Source: Longimicrobiales bacterium
GTDB lineage: Bacteria; Gemmatimonadota; Gemmatimonadetes; Longimicrobiales; Gaopeijiaceae
Assembly (NCBI GenBank): GCA_965197725.1
Contig: CBDANQ010000015.1
Location: 1-64,000, forward strand
DNA: 64,000 bases
Direction of reading: 5' to 3'
This document shows, piece after piece, positions 41,023 to 51,951 of this stretch; the stretch's first letter is position 1; every line of letters begins with the position of its first letter. The notes below the pieces were generated by a model. The model ran no database searches and was not told the DNA's origin. It was given only the letters and a program-made list of their open reading frames with translations. A program made the translations under genes and the position numbers.

Positions 41023-41039
41023 CCGGCATGGGGCTTGCA
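41023..41039 (+). promoter_or_regulatory. Sigma54 promoter of dnaK
   Basis: CCGGCATGGGGCTTGCA: GG at 41025-26, N10, GC at 41037-38. Confidence 0.7.
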
Positions 41040-41176
41040 TTTCCCGTGCTGTGACGCCGGGTCGTTGACGACCACGCGCGTATCCGCCGGCCCTAGCCGG
41101 CGCTTCCAAAAGATCGCTCGATCACGGGGGCCGGCCGGCCCCCGACGGGCTCCAACGGCAACGAGAAGAGGAGAGC

Positions 41177-43135
41177 ATGGGCAAAGTCATCGGGATCGAC
41201 CTCGGAACCACCAACTCGGTGGTCGCCGTCATGGAGGGTGGTGAGCCCGTCGTGATTCCCAACTCAGAGGGCGGACGGACGACCCCCTCGGTCGTCGCCC
41301 ACACAAAGGACGGTGAGCGCCTCGTCGGTCAGGTCGCGCGTCGCCAGGCGATCACGAACCCGGAAAACACGGTGTTCTCCATAAAACGGTTCATGGGTCG
41401 CAAACACGACGAGGTCGCGGAGGAAGAGAAGCTCGTCCCGTACGAGGTCGGCCACGACGCCAGCGGCCGCGTGACCGTGAAGATCCCGAACGCGGACAAG
41501 ACGTTCACGCCGCCCGAGATCAGCGCGATGATCCTCCAAAAGATGCGGCAGACGGCCGAAGACTACCTGGGCACGAAGGTGAGCCAGGCGGTCGTCACGG
41601 TCCCCGCGTACTTCAACGACGCGCAACGCCAAGCGACCAAGGACGCGGGCAAGATCGCGGGCCTCGAGGTGCTGCGTATCATCAACGAGCCGACCGCGGC
41701 CGCGCTCGCCTACGGCCTCGACAAGAAGACTGAGGAGAAGATCGCGGTCTTCGACCTCGGTGGAGGCACGTACGACATCTCGGTTCTCGAGCTCGGTGAC
41801 GGCGTCTTCGAGGTGAAGTCGACCAACGGCGACACGCACCTGGGTGGTGACGACTTCGACCAGCGCGTCATCAACTGGCTCGTACAGGAGTTCAAGAAGG
41901 ATCAGGGGATCGACCTCGCAAAGGACTCGATGGCGCTTCAGCGCCTCAAGGAAGCGGCAGAAAAGGCGAAGATGGAGCTGTCCACGACTTTGACCTCGGA
42001 CATCAACCTTCCCTTCATCACCGCGACCCAAGACGGTCCGAAACACCTGAACTACAGCCTCTCGCGGTCCAAGTTCGAGCAGCTCGTCGACGACCTCATC
42101 CAACGGACCATCGCACCCATGAAGATGGCGCTCGAGGACGCCGGGCTGACGACCGACGACATCGACGAGGTCATCCTCGTGGGCGGCTCGACCCGGATTC
42201 CGAAGTTGCAGGGGGTCGTGACCGAGTTCTTCGGCAAAGACCCGCACAAGGGCGTGAACCCGGACGAAGTCGTGGCGGTCGGCGCCGCGATCCAGGGGGG
42301 CGTGCTAGCCGGTGACGTTACCGACGTCCTCCTGCTCGACGTGACTCCGCTTTCGCTGGGAATCGAGACGCTGGGCGGCGTCAAGACGGCGCTCATCGAG
42401 CGAAACACGACGATCCCGACGAAGAAGGCCGAAGTGTTCTCCACCGCGGAGGACAATCAGACCACGGTCGAGATCCACGTGCTCCAGGGTGAGCGAAAAA
42501 TGGCGATGGACAACAAGACCATCGGTAAGTTCCAGTTGACCGGCATTCCGCCGGGGCCGCGCGGGATGCCCCAGGTCGCAGTGACCTTCGATATCGATGC
42601 GAACGGCATCCTGCATGTGTCGGCGAAGGACCGAGCAACGGGCAAAGAGCAGAAGATCCGCATCGAGGCCTCGAGTGGCCTCTCGGACGCGGAGATCGAG
42701 CGCATGGTCAAGGACGCGGAGGCCCACGCCGGCGAGGACGAGGAGCGGCGGGAGAAGGTCGAGTCTCGCAACCAGCTCGACTCGCTCGTATATCAGGTCG
42801 AGAAGGATACGGGCGAGTGGGGCGACATGGTCGTCGAGGGCACCAGGGAGCGTCTCGACAGGGCGGTCGAACAGGCCAAGGAGGCACTCAAGGGCGATGA
42901 CCTCGGCACGCTCAACTCAGCCCGCGACGAGCTGATGCAGGCGTTCAGCGCCGCCGGGCAGGAGATGTACCAGTCTCAGGCCGCAGAGGCGGAAACCGCC
43001 TCCGAGGAAGCCGGTGACGGCGAGACGGAGGGCGAACGTAGGGAGGCGGGCGGCGACGAAGACGGTGGATCCGAAGCGGCCGCCGACGACGACGTTGTCG
43101 AGGCTGACTACGAGATCGTCGATGAAGAGGCGTAA
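41177..43135 (+). CDS. dnaK: Chaperone DnaK
   Basis: [47 protein letters not shown]. Confidence 0.99.
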   Translation: MGKVIGIDLGTTNSVVAVMEGGEPVVIPNSEGGRTTPSVVAHTKDGERLVGQVARRQAITNPENTVFSIKRFMGRKHDEVAEEEKLVPYEVGHDASGRVTVKIPNADKTFTPPEISAMILQKMRQTAEDYLGTKVSQAVVTVPAYFNDAQRQATKDAGKIAGLEVLRIINEPTAAALAYGLDKKTEEKIAVFDLGGGTYDISVLELGDGVFEVKSTNGDTHLGGDDFDQRVINWLVQEFKKDQGIDLAKDSMALQRLKEAAEKAKMELSTTLTSDINLPFITATQDGPKHLNYSLSRSKFEQLVDDLIQRTIAPMKMALEDAGLTTDDIDEVILVGGSTRIPKLQGVVTEFFGKDPHKGVNPDEVVAVGAAIQGGVLAGDVTDVLLLDVTPLSLGIETLGGVKTALIERNTTIPTKKAEVFSTAEDNQTTVEIHVLQGERKMAMDNKTIGKFQLTGIPPGPRGMPQVAVTFDIDANGILHVSAKDRATGKEQKIRIEASSGLSDAEIERMVKDAEAHAGEDEERREKVESRNQLDSLVYQVEKDTGEWGDMVVEGTRERLDRAVEQAKEALKGDDLGTLNSARDELMQAFSAAGQEMYQSQAAEAETASEEAGDGETEGERREAGGDEDGGSEAAADDDVVEADYEIVDEEA

Positions 43136-43152
43136 GCCGCGTCCAGCGCCAA

Positions 43153-43189
43153 ATGGGGGGGACGCCGGGGCAACCCGGCGGCCCCCCGT
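43153..43189 (+). terminator. GC-rich hairpin after dnaK (possible terminator or stabiliser)
   Basis: gggggg..cgccggg-GCAA-cccggcg-gcccccc; no U-tract. Confidence 0.45.
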
Positions 43190-43309
43190 GGCGCATCTCA
43201 AACAGGTGTAGAAGGCCGGACCCGGGTCCGGCCTTCCCGTGTAGTAGAGTTATTCGGCCCGCGACGTGGGCCGATCACCATATTCAGAATGATTCGGGAG
43301 GGCGCCGAG

Positions 43310-44863
43310 ATGTACGACCCCCTTCGTACAAAGACCAAAGTCGTTCTCTACAGCGCAGTCGCGTTCGTCTTCGGTCTGGGGATGGCGAGCGGACTCGGCT
43401 GGACCAGTCCGACCTACGCGCTGCCAACGCTCATAGAGACGACGCAAGTCGCCGCGGAGGCGGTTCAGCCGGCGCTGGATCTCAGCCAGGCGTTCACGAA
43501 TCTGGCCAATGCGGTGACACCCGCGGTGGTGCGCATCGAGGCCCGGCGTCCACCAACCCAGGCGAGGCAGCAGCTCCCGCAAGGGTTCCGGGACTTCTTC
43601 GACATGCCTCGGGATCGGCGGCAACCCCCGTCGCAGGGAGTGGTCGCGGGCGGCAGTGGCTTCGTGGTGTCGCCAGACGGATACATCCTGACCAACAACC
43701 ATGTGGTCGAAGGCGCGGACCAGGTCACGGTCTATTTCCCGGACCGCAGGTACTTCACGGCCGAGATCGTCGGGAACGACCCGTTCACGGATGTTGCGGT
43801 GCTCAAGATCGACGCCGATGAGGCGCTGCACGCGATGTCGTTGGGCGACTCGGACGAGACCAAGGTCGGTGAGTGGATTCTGGCGATCGGCAACCCTGGC
43901 TTCGGTCGCTCGGCGCAGCTCGACTTCACTGTGACCGCGGGAATCATCAGCGCCCTCGGACGGGGGCTGCGGCTGCTCCAGAACGACCTGGCCAACGATC
44001 CCCGATACGGCCCCGATGCAGCCGGCTTCGCGATCGAGGATTTCATTCAGACCGACGCGGTCATCAACCCTGGCAACTCGGGTGGTCCCATGGTGAACCT
44101 CCGCGGCCAGGTGGTCGGCATCAACTCAGCCATCGCCTCCGAGACGGGAGTGTATCAGGGCTACGGCTTCGCGATCCCGATCAACCTCGCGCGGCGCGTC
44201 ATGGAGGACCTGGTGGAGTACGGGCACGTGAAGCGACCCCGCATGGGCGTGGGTATCACGGACGCGACCGCGGAGGACGCCGAGCTGTACGAACTGCCGT
44301 CCGTATCGGGCGTTCTCGTGCAGACGGTCGACCCGGAAGGCCCCGCAGCCGGCCAGCTCGAGAGCGAGGACGTGATCGTGGCGCTCGACGGTGAACCAGT
44401 CGGCTACGTTGCCGAACTCCAGGCGCGTATCGCGCAGCTTCGGCCCGGAGACAGAGTGACGGTCACCGTATACCGTGACGCCCGTCCGACCGATGTCCGG
44501 CTCAGGCTGGACGAGGCGCCGATCAATGAGATCGCGACCGTGGTCGCCGCGCGCGCAGTCCACGCCGAAGAGCGCCTGGGCATAAACGTCGAGACCATGG
44601 ACGTCGAGCTCGCGCGGGCGTACCGGTTCCCGCAAGCCGGTGGAGTCATCCTTACCCAAGTGGCTCGCGGTAGTCCGGCCGATCGGCGCGGGGTGGGGGC
44701 CTATGTCGGATCCAGGCTCGTCCAGGTCCAGGATCAGTCGATCGCGACCCCGGACGATGTGCGGGTGGCGCTCGACAGGGTCGCCGGCGGCCAGATCGTC
44801 TCACTCCACTTCGAGGACACCCAGGGCGCCGTTCGGGTGGTCAACGTGCGCATGCCCAGCTAG
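43310..44863 (+). CDS. HtrA/DegP-Q periplasmic serine protease with two PDZ domains
   Basis: GSGFVV, TNNHVV, DVAVLK, IQTDAVINPGNSGGP. Confidence 0.95.
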   Translation: MYDPLRTKTKVVLYSAVAFVFGLGMASGLGWTSPTYALPTLIETTQVAAEAVQPALDLSQAFTNLANAVTPAVVRIEARRPPTQARQQLPQGFRDFFDMPRDRRQPPSQGVVAGGSGFVVSPDGYILTNNHVVEGADQVTVYFPDRRYFTAEIVGNDPFTDVAVLKIDADEALHAMSLGDSDETKVGEWILAIGNPGFGRSAQLDFTVTAGIISALGRGLRLLQNDLANDPRYGPDAAGFAIEDFIQTDAVINPGNSGGPMVNLRGQVVGINSAIASETGVYQGYGFAIPINLARRVMEDLVEYGHVKRPRMGVGITDATAEDAELYELPSVSGVLVQTVDPEGPAAGQLESEDVIVALDGEPVGYVAELQARIAQLRPGDRVTVTVYRDARPTDVRLRLDEAPINEIATVVAARAVHAEERLGINVETMDVELARAYRFPQAGGVILTQVARGSPADRRGVGAYVGSRLVQVQDQSIATPDDVRVALDRVAGGQIVSLHFEDTQGAVRVVNVRMPS

Positions 44864-44903
44864 GAACGCCTCTCGACCCCGGGTTTATCTTTTGCCGGGC
44901 CTA

Positions 44904-44987
44904 GCGAAAGTGGCGGAATTGGTAGACGCGCGGGATTTAGGATCCCGTGGCTTAAGTGCCGTGGGGGTTCGAGTCCCCCCTTTCGCA
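44904..44987 (+). tRNA. tRNA-Leu (anticodon TAG); CCA not encoded
   Basis: Acceptor stem GCGAAAG/CTTTCGC, D-loop GGTAGAC, anticodon arm CGGGA-TT-TAG-GA-TCCCG, long variable arm, GGTTCGAGTCC. Confidence 0.97.
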
Positions 44988-45030
44988 TTTCGGGGCTCTT
45001 GAAGGCCGGCTTTCGACCCCCGGTGAGGGT

Positions 45031-46311
45031 ATGACCGTAGACGCATCGGACCTGCAGGTCTCCGTCAAGGAGCAAGAGCGATGGCGCCGTAGTATGCGCG
45101 TGACTGTTCCCGCCTCCGTAGTCCAACAGGAAGAAAGACGTGCGGCCAAGCACTTTGCGTCGCGCGCTCGCTTGAAAGGCTTCAGAAAGGGCCGCGTGCC
45201 AGCGAAGGTGATCGAGTCCCGTTTCGGCGGCACGCTCCGCAAGGAGGCCCTCGACAAGCTGATCGGCGAGGCCTACCGCACCGCTCTGGCGGCGCAGGAC
45301 CTGAAGCCGATCAGTGAGGGAGAGATTCAGGAGCTGAGCTACGAGCCTGAGCAGGATCTCGTTTTCTCGATCTCCTTCGACGTCCACCCGCGCATCGAGA
45401 TCGCCCAGCTAGGTGGGTTCGCCGTGGAGCGCCCGGTGGCCGAGGTGAACGACGAGCACGTCGACAGGGTGCTCGCACGGATCCAGGAGCACAACGGGGC
45501 GTGGAAGCCTGTGGAGCAGGGTCAGCCAGAGGATCGCGATCTGGTCTCGGTGTTGATCAACAAGCTGCAGGGAGAAGAAGGAGAAGAAACCGACGAGAGC
45601 AAGGAGTACGAGTTCCGTCTCGGTCAGGGCGACGCGCTGCCCGATATCGAGACGGCGATCAAGTCGCTGGAGGCCGGAGCGTGCGGCGAGTTCGACGTCT
45701 CTTTCCCGGAGGACTTTCCCGACGAGAGCCGAAGGGGGGATAGCGAACGCGTCCAGATCACCCTCGTCGCACGCAAGGTCCTAGAACTTCCGGAACTCGA
45801 CGACGACTTGGCTAAGCAAGTCGGCGATTTTGAGACGTTGCACGACCTGAAGACCCGGGTTCGTGAGGATCTCGACAAGGAGGCCGGGGAGAAAACCGAA
45901 AACGTCGTCCGCGGTCGCTTGCTCGACATGCTGCTCGATGCGAATCCGTTCGAGGTTCCGGCATCCATGGTCGACCGGTACACCGACGACGTCATCGGAG
46001 ATCAACCCAATCTCCACCCCGAGCGGATCGAGGAGATCCGCGCTTCGATCCGAGTGGACGCGGAACGTGCGGTCAAGCGCATTCTACTCCTCGAAGAGGT
46101 TGCCGAGACTCAAGGGTTGGCGGCCACGGAAGACGACGTCGACACTCGTGTCGAGGCGATCGCCGAGGCCAACGCCAGCACGGCCGCGAAGGTGTACGCG
46201 AATCTGCAAAAGGCCGGACGCCTCGAGATGCTCGAACGAGAGCTCACCGAGCGGAAAGTGTTCGACTTCCTGAAGGAACAATCCGAGATTACTGACAGCT
46301 CGGCCCCCTGA
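45031..46311 (+). CDS. tig: Trigger factor
   Basis: GFRKGRVP ribosome-binding motif, FKBP-like FP.DFP, LPELDDD; lies upstream of clpP. Confidence 0.95.
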   Translation: MTVDASDLQVSVKEQERWRRSMRVTVPASVVQQEERRAAKHFASRARLKGFRKGRVPAKVIESRFGGTLRKEALDKLIGEAYRTALAAQDLKPISEGEIQELSYEPEQDLVFSISFDVHPRIEIAQLGGFAVERPVAEVNDEHVDRVLARIQEHNGAWKPVEQGQPEDRDLVSVLINKLQGEEGEETDESKEYEFRLGQGDALPDIETAIKSLEAGACGEFDVSFPEDFPDESRRGDSERVQITLVARKVLELPELDDDLAKQVGDFETLHDLKTRVREDLDKEAGEKTENVVRGRLLDMLLDANPFEVPASMVDRYTDDVIGDQPNLHPERIEEIRASIRVDAERAVKRILLLEEVAETQGLAATEDDVDTRVEAIAEANASTAAKVYANLQKAGRLEMLERELTERKVFDFLKEQSEITDSSAP

Positions 46312-46336
46312 TCCAGCTCGACGAGAGAGCACTGAT

Positions 46337-46966
46337 ATGCCGATTTACCCACCTTATGTGATCGAGCGGACGAGCCGCGGTGAGCGCAGCTACGACATCT
46401 TCAGCCGGCTGCTCATGGACCGTATCGTCTTCCTGGGCAGTGGCATCAACGACGATGTGGCGAACATCATCCTCGCCCAACTGCTCTTCCTCGACGCCGA
46501 GGACCCGGAACGCGACATTTTCATGTACATCAACTCGCCCGGTGGCAGCGTCTACGCGGGAATGGCGATCTACGACACCATGCAGCACCTGCGGGCACCG
46601 GTCTCAACCTTCTGCGTAGGCATGGCGGCCTCGATGGGCGCGGTGCTGCTAGCGGCGGGCGCCGACGGCAAGCGGAATGCGCTGCCAAATGCGCGTATCA
46701 TGATCCACCAGCCGTCGGGCGGCTTCCAAGGCACGGCAGCCGACGTCGAAGTGGCGGCCAAAGAGATTCTGCACGTGCGGCAAAGGATCAACGAGATCAT
46801 CGCAAAGCACACCGGGCAGACCGCGGAAGCGGTTCAGAGCGACGTCGACCGCGACCGCTTCATGGATCCCGTGGAGGCGGTCGAGTACGGTCTCATCGAT
46901 CGTGTCCTGAAAGGCCCGGTTTCGCAGACAGATGGAAAACCTGCGGACTCGGATAGCGGCGAGTAG
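46337..46966 (+). CDS. clpP: ClpP protease subunit
   Basis: [25 protein letters not shown]. Confidence 0.98.
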   Translation: MPIYPPYVIERTSRGERSYDIFSRLLMDRIVFLGSGINDDVANIILAQLLFLDAEDPERDIFMYINSPGGSVYAGMAIYDTMQHLRAPVSTFCVGMAASMGAVLLAAGADGKRNALPNARIMIHQPSGGFQGTAADVEVAAKEILHVRQRINEIIAKHTGQTAEAVQSDVDRDRFMDPVEAVEYGLIDRVLKGPVSQTDGKPADSDSGE

Positions 46967-46987
46967 CCGAACACGCGATGTTTAGAC

Positions 46988-48220
<1,233 letters not shown>

Positions 48221-48254
48221 GCGCCGACGCCCCTCGCTACTCGAGCTGCTTCGC

Positions 48255-50666
48255 ATGGCGAACCTCATCAGGGTCGAGGACCAGGTCGACTTGCCCGATC
48301 GCCTTCCGGTGATCCCGCTGCGGGATCTCGTGTTCTTTCCCTACATCGTGCTGCCCCTGCTCATCGGGCGGCACCGTTCGGTAGCCGCGCTCGAGGAGGC
48401 TCGTGAGCGAGACGATCTCGTCCTGTTGGTCGTGCAGCGCGATCCGACCGTCGAGGAGCCTGGCAGCGCCGACCTCTTTCGCGTCGGTACCGTCGCGCGC
48501 GCGGTGCAGGTTTCCCGTCTGCCGGACGGCACGCTGCGTGTGGTACTAGAGGGTCTCGGACGAGCACGGATCCGCCGACTGACCACGACGACGGCGGCTC
48601 TACGCGCATCCGTGGAACCGCTGACGGACCGGGAAACCGAAGAGGAGGGTCCAACCTCCAACGAGTTGCAGTCGCTCACGCGAACCGTGGTGAGCCTCTA
48701 CGCGGAGTACGCGCGCCTGCACGAACGCGTTCCGGAGGTTCTCTCGGGTATCCTGTCGGCCGAGGGCGACCGAGTGCGCTGCGCCCATCTCGTCGCTGGG
48801 CACTTGATCCTGCCGTCGCTGGAGAAGCAGGAGCTGCTGGAAGCAACCGGCGCGACGGACCAACTCGAACTACTGCGGGAATGCCTGGTACGGGAACTCG
48901 AGATCATGCGCATCGAGGCCAAGCTCGACCGCCAGATTCAGCTTCAACTGGGCAGCGAGCGAACCCCCGACTTTGGGGCTGCCTTCAGCACGATCCACCG
49001 GGAGCCCGCGGAGGGCGAGGACGACGAGTGGCGGGAGATCGAGGACACCGTCCGCAACGCCGACCTGCCTCCGCACCCCCGAGAGCGGGCGCAGAAGGAA
49101 CTCTCGCGCCTCAAGAAGCTCAATCCGGTGGCGCCCGAAGCAGCGGTCATTCGATCACACCTCGACTGGATCGTTGGGCTGCCGTGGACGGCACGCTCGG
49201 ACGACAACCTCTCCGTCGAACATGCGTCGGGCATCCTCGAGTCCAAGCATTTCGGCCTGCGTGAGGTCAAGGAGCGCATCCTCGACCACGTGGCGGTGCT
49301 GTCGCTGGTCCAGGAGATGCGGGGGCCGATCCTTTGCCTGGTTGGCCCACCCGGCGTCGGAAAGACCTCCCTGGGCCGAAGTATCGCTCTGGCGCTGGGA
49401 CGCGAGTTCGTCCGAGTGAGCCTTGGTGGCGTGCGGGACGAGGCCGAGATCCGAGGCCATCGACGCACCTATGTGGGAGCACTGCCCGGCCGTGTCGTGC
49501 AAGGCATGCGGCGGAGCGGCACCCGAAACCCGGTCTTCCTGCTCGACGAGGTCGACAAGCTCGCAAAAGACTTCCACGGGGATCCCGGAGCCGCACTGCT
49601 GGAAGTGCTCGACCCGGAGCAGAACCGAACCTTTTCCGATCACTATCTGGAGCTGGAGTACGACCTGTCGGAAGTCCTGTTCATAACCACCGCGAACACG
49701 CTCCAGGGGATCCCGGAGCCGCTTCGCGACCGCATGGAGATTATCCGCCTCCCCGGATACCTGGATACCGAAAAGCGTGAGATCGCGAGTCGGTTCCTGT
49801 GGCCGAGACAAGTCGAGCGGCACGGGCTCGCGCCCGATCAGGTTTCGTTGTCGGAGGGGGCGATCCACGATGTGATCGAGCGATACACGCGGGAGGCGGG
49901 CGTACGGGAACTCGATCGCCGTCTCGCCCGTCTCGCACGTAAGTTGGCACGAGGCGTGGCCGACGCGGGAGCGGTGGAGACGACTCTTGAGCCGGAGGGG
50001 CTAAAGCGGCTGCTAGGCCCCGCGCCCTATTCGCCGACCGATCGCGACCAGGGCAGCGAGCGCATCGGTATCGCCAACGGCCTAGCCTGGACCGCTTCGG
50101 GTGGCGAGGTCCTCGACGTCGAGGTCGCGGTGATACCGGGTAGCGGCGATCTGCGACTTACTGGAACTCTCGGTGACGTGATGAAGGAGTCGGCCCACGC
50201 CGCCGTCACCTATGCCCGCTCCAGATCGGAGCTGCTCGGACTCGATCCCCAGTTCCATGCCAAGATCGACGTGCACATCCACATCCCTGAGGGGGCGACA
50301 CCGAAGGACGGACCTTCCGCCGGGATCACGATCGCGGTCGCGTTGATCTCCGCGCTGATCGCCACGCCCACCCGCGGCGACGTCGCGATGACGGGTGAGA
50401 TCACGCTCCGCGGTAGGGTGCTCAGCGTCGGCGGAATCAAGGAGAAGGCGGTCGCCGCACTCCGGAGCGGCATGCGCAGGGTCGTGCTTCCCGCAGCGAA
50501 CGCGTCGGACCTGGAGCTCCTGCCCGAGGAGGTGAAGGAGAGTGTGGCGTTCGACCTCGTACGTACGATGGACGAGGTGATGGACGCCGTACTGCTCGAG
50601 AGTCCCCTCCGGCACCGTCCCGCGCCTCACCCAGTCGGGCTCGGATCGCCACTCTCGCACGGATGA
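48255..50666 (+). CDS. lon: Lon protease (LonA)
   Basis: LPVIPLRD, GPPGVGKTS, GHRRTYVGA, PKDGPSAG, GGIKEK. Confidence 0.97.
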   Translation: MANLIRVEDQVDLPDRLPVIPLRDLVFFPYIVLPLLIGRHRSVAALEEARERDDLVLLVVQRDPTVEEPGSADLFRVGTVARAVQVSRLPDGTLRVVLEGLGRARIRRLTTTTAALRASVEPLTDRETEEEGPTSNELQSLTRTVVSLYAEYARLHERVPEVLSGILSAEGDRVRCAHLVAGHLILPSLEKQELLEATGATDQLELLRECLVRELEIMRIEAKLDRQIQLQLGSERTPDFGAAFSTIHREPAEGEDDEWREIEDTVRNADLPPHPRERAQKELSRLKKLNPVAPEAAVIRSHLDWIVGLPWTARSDDNLSVEHASGILESKHFGLREVKERILDHVAVLSLVQEMRGPILCLVGPPGVGKTSLGRSIALALGREFVRVSLGGVRDEAEIRGHRRTYVGALPGRVVQGMRRSGTRNPVFLLDEVDKLAKDFHGDPGAALLEVLDPEQNRTFSDHYLELEYDLSEVLFITTANTLQGIPEPLRDRMEIIRLPGYLDTEKREIASRFLWPRQVERHGLAPDQVSLSEGAIHDVIERYTREAGVRELDRRLARLARKLARGVADAGAVETTLEPEGLKRLLGPAPYSPTDRDQGSERIGIANGLAWTASGGEVLDVEVAVIPGSGDLRLTGTLGDVMKESAHAAVTYARSRSELLGLDPQFHAKIDVHIHIPEGATPKDGPSAGITIAVALISALIATPTRGDVAMTGEITLRGRVLSVGGIKEKAVAALRSGMRRVVLPAANASDLELLPEEVKESVAFDLVRTMDEVMDAVLLESPLRHRPAPHPVGLGSPLSHG

Positions 50667-51280
50667 AGATCAAGACGGTCGAGTACGCGGGTACCATCGC
50701 TCAACCGGGCGGAACATCGCCCGCTGGGGCTTCAACCGGCACTCTTCCTCAAATCGCGTTCTCCGGCCGCTCCAACGTCGGGAAGTCGTCGCTCATCAAC
50801 ACGCTTCTGCGCCGTACGCGAAAGAAGATCGCGCGAGTCTCCGCGACTCCCGGAAAGACGAGAACGATCAATTTCTTCCTGGTGAACGAGCGGTTCTTCC
50901 TCGTCGACCTGCCGGGATATGGGTACGCGAAGGTGCCAAAGGGCATGCGCGACGCATGGTCCGAGCTGATCGCATCGTACCTGGGTGCCTCCCGTGGGGT
51001 GCAGGGCCTTGTGCATCTGATGGACGCACGGCGGGACCCCACGGATCACGACCTCCATATGATCTCATATCTTTCGGAGTTGGGCGTGCCGACCCTGGTC
51101 GTGCTCACCAAGATGGACAAGCTGAAATGGACTCAACGTGAGAAAGCCATCCAGCGCACGTGCGAGGGCCTAAGCGTCGGACAAGACCAGGTCCTACCCT
51201 TCTCGTCGAAGACGGGAGAGGGACGGGAGACGCTGCTCGAGGCTCTCGACGAACTCGTCGTGGAAGCGGAACGGCCGTGA
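50663..51280 (+). CDS. engB: Ribosome biogenesis GTPase YihA/EngB
   Basis: GRSNVGKSS, PGKT, DLPGYG, TKMDK. Confidence 0.96.
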   Translation: MKIKTVEYAGTIAQPGGTSPAGASTGTLPQIAFSGRSNVGKSSLINTLLRRTRKKIARVSATPGKTRTINFFLVNERFFLVDLPGYGYAKVPKGMRDAWSELIASYLGASRGVQGLVHLMDARRDPTDHDLHMISYLSELGVPTLVVLTKMDKLKWTQREKAIQRTCEGLSVGQDQVLPFSSKTGEGRETLLEALDELVVEAERP

Positions 51281-51888
51281 TGCTGGCCTTCGTACTCGTG
51301 GCGCTTTTCCTCCTGAGCGGCTGCGCGGTTCCGCCGGGAATGGAGGGCGGCACTGCGACCACCACGGATTCGTTCGAAACGCTACCTCCTCCAGGACACG
51401 GTACGCTCCGGCAGGACGAGATCTCGCTCTCGCTCACATCAGGCGCGCTGCGAATTCTCGTCACGCCTCTCGAAGAGTCCGCGACGCTGGTGACGGCACC
51501 GGACACGTATCGTCGCTTGTCCAGCATGTCCAACGCCCATCGGAATGCTCCCGGCATCGGAGAGTCTGTGACACTCTTTCTCGTCTCGTTCTTCTCCGAA
51601 CAGCCCGACGAACGATTCGTGCCCGAAGAGGTGCAACTGGTGTCGCGAGGCATGAGGTTCCGGCCCAGTGCGATCATCGCGGTTACGCCCAGTTGGGGCG
51701 AGCGTCGCCTCCGCCAACGCGTCACCGAAATGGCCGTCTACGCCTTCAGCGGCAACGTCGATCTCGAGTCGGATCTCACGCTGGCGTACGGTCTGGACCA
51801 GACGGCGGCGTGGAGCGTGGTCCTTCGGCGTATCCAAGCCGAACGAGCGCGTGCGCGCGCCCGAGCCGGCGGACCGGGAAACGGCTAG
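51277..51888 (+). CDS. Hypothetical lipoprotein
   Basis: Lipobox LSGC; start overlaps the engB stop (GTGA). Confidence 0.7.
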   Translation: MMLAFVLVALFLLSGCAVPPGMEGGTATTTDSFETLPPPGHGTLRQDEISLSLTSGALRILVTPLEESATLVTAPDTYRRLSSMSNAHRNAPGIGESVTLFLVSFFSEQPDERFVPEEVQLVSRGMRFRPSAIIAVTPSWGERRLRQRVTEMAVYAFSGNVDLESDLTLAYGLDQTAAWSVVLRRIQAERARARARAGGPGNG

Positions 51889-51907
51889 AGCTAGAGCTAG
51901 AGCTAGA
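51885..51907. repeat. (CTAGAG) x3.8 microsatellite
   Basis: ctagagctagagctagagctaga, overlapping the stop codon of the lipoprotein gene. Confidence 0.85.
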
Positions 51908-51951
51908 AGGGTGATAGAAAAGGGAGAGGGGGCTGCGCTCTCAGTCGACTG

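Noticed and set aside
44904..45030. tRNA-Leu as an integration site
   Set aside because: tig follows directly; I saw no duplicated tRNA 3' end and no adjacent integrase.
44956..45030. N-terminal extensions of tig and other genes in the ORF track
   Set aside because: They overlap the tRNA or upstream genes; downstream starts with an RBS or stop/start overlap fit better.
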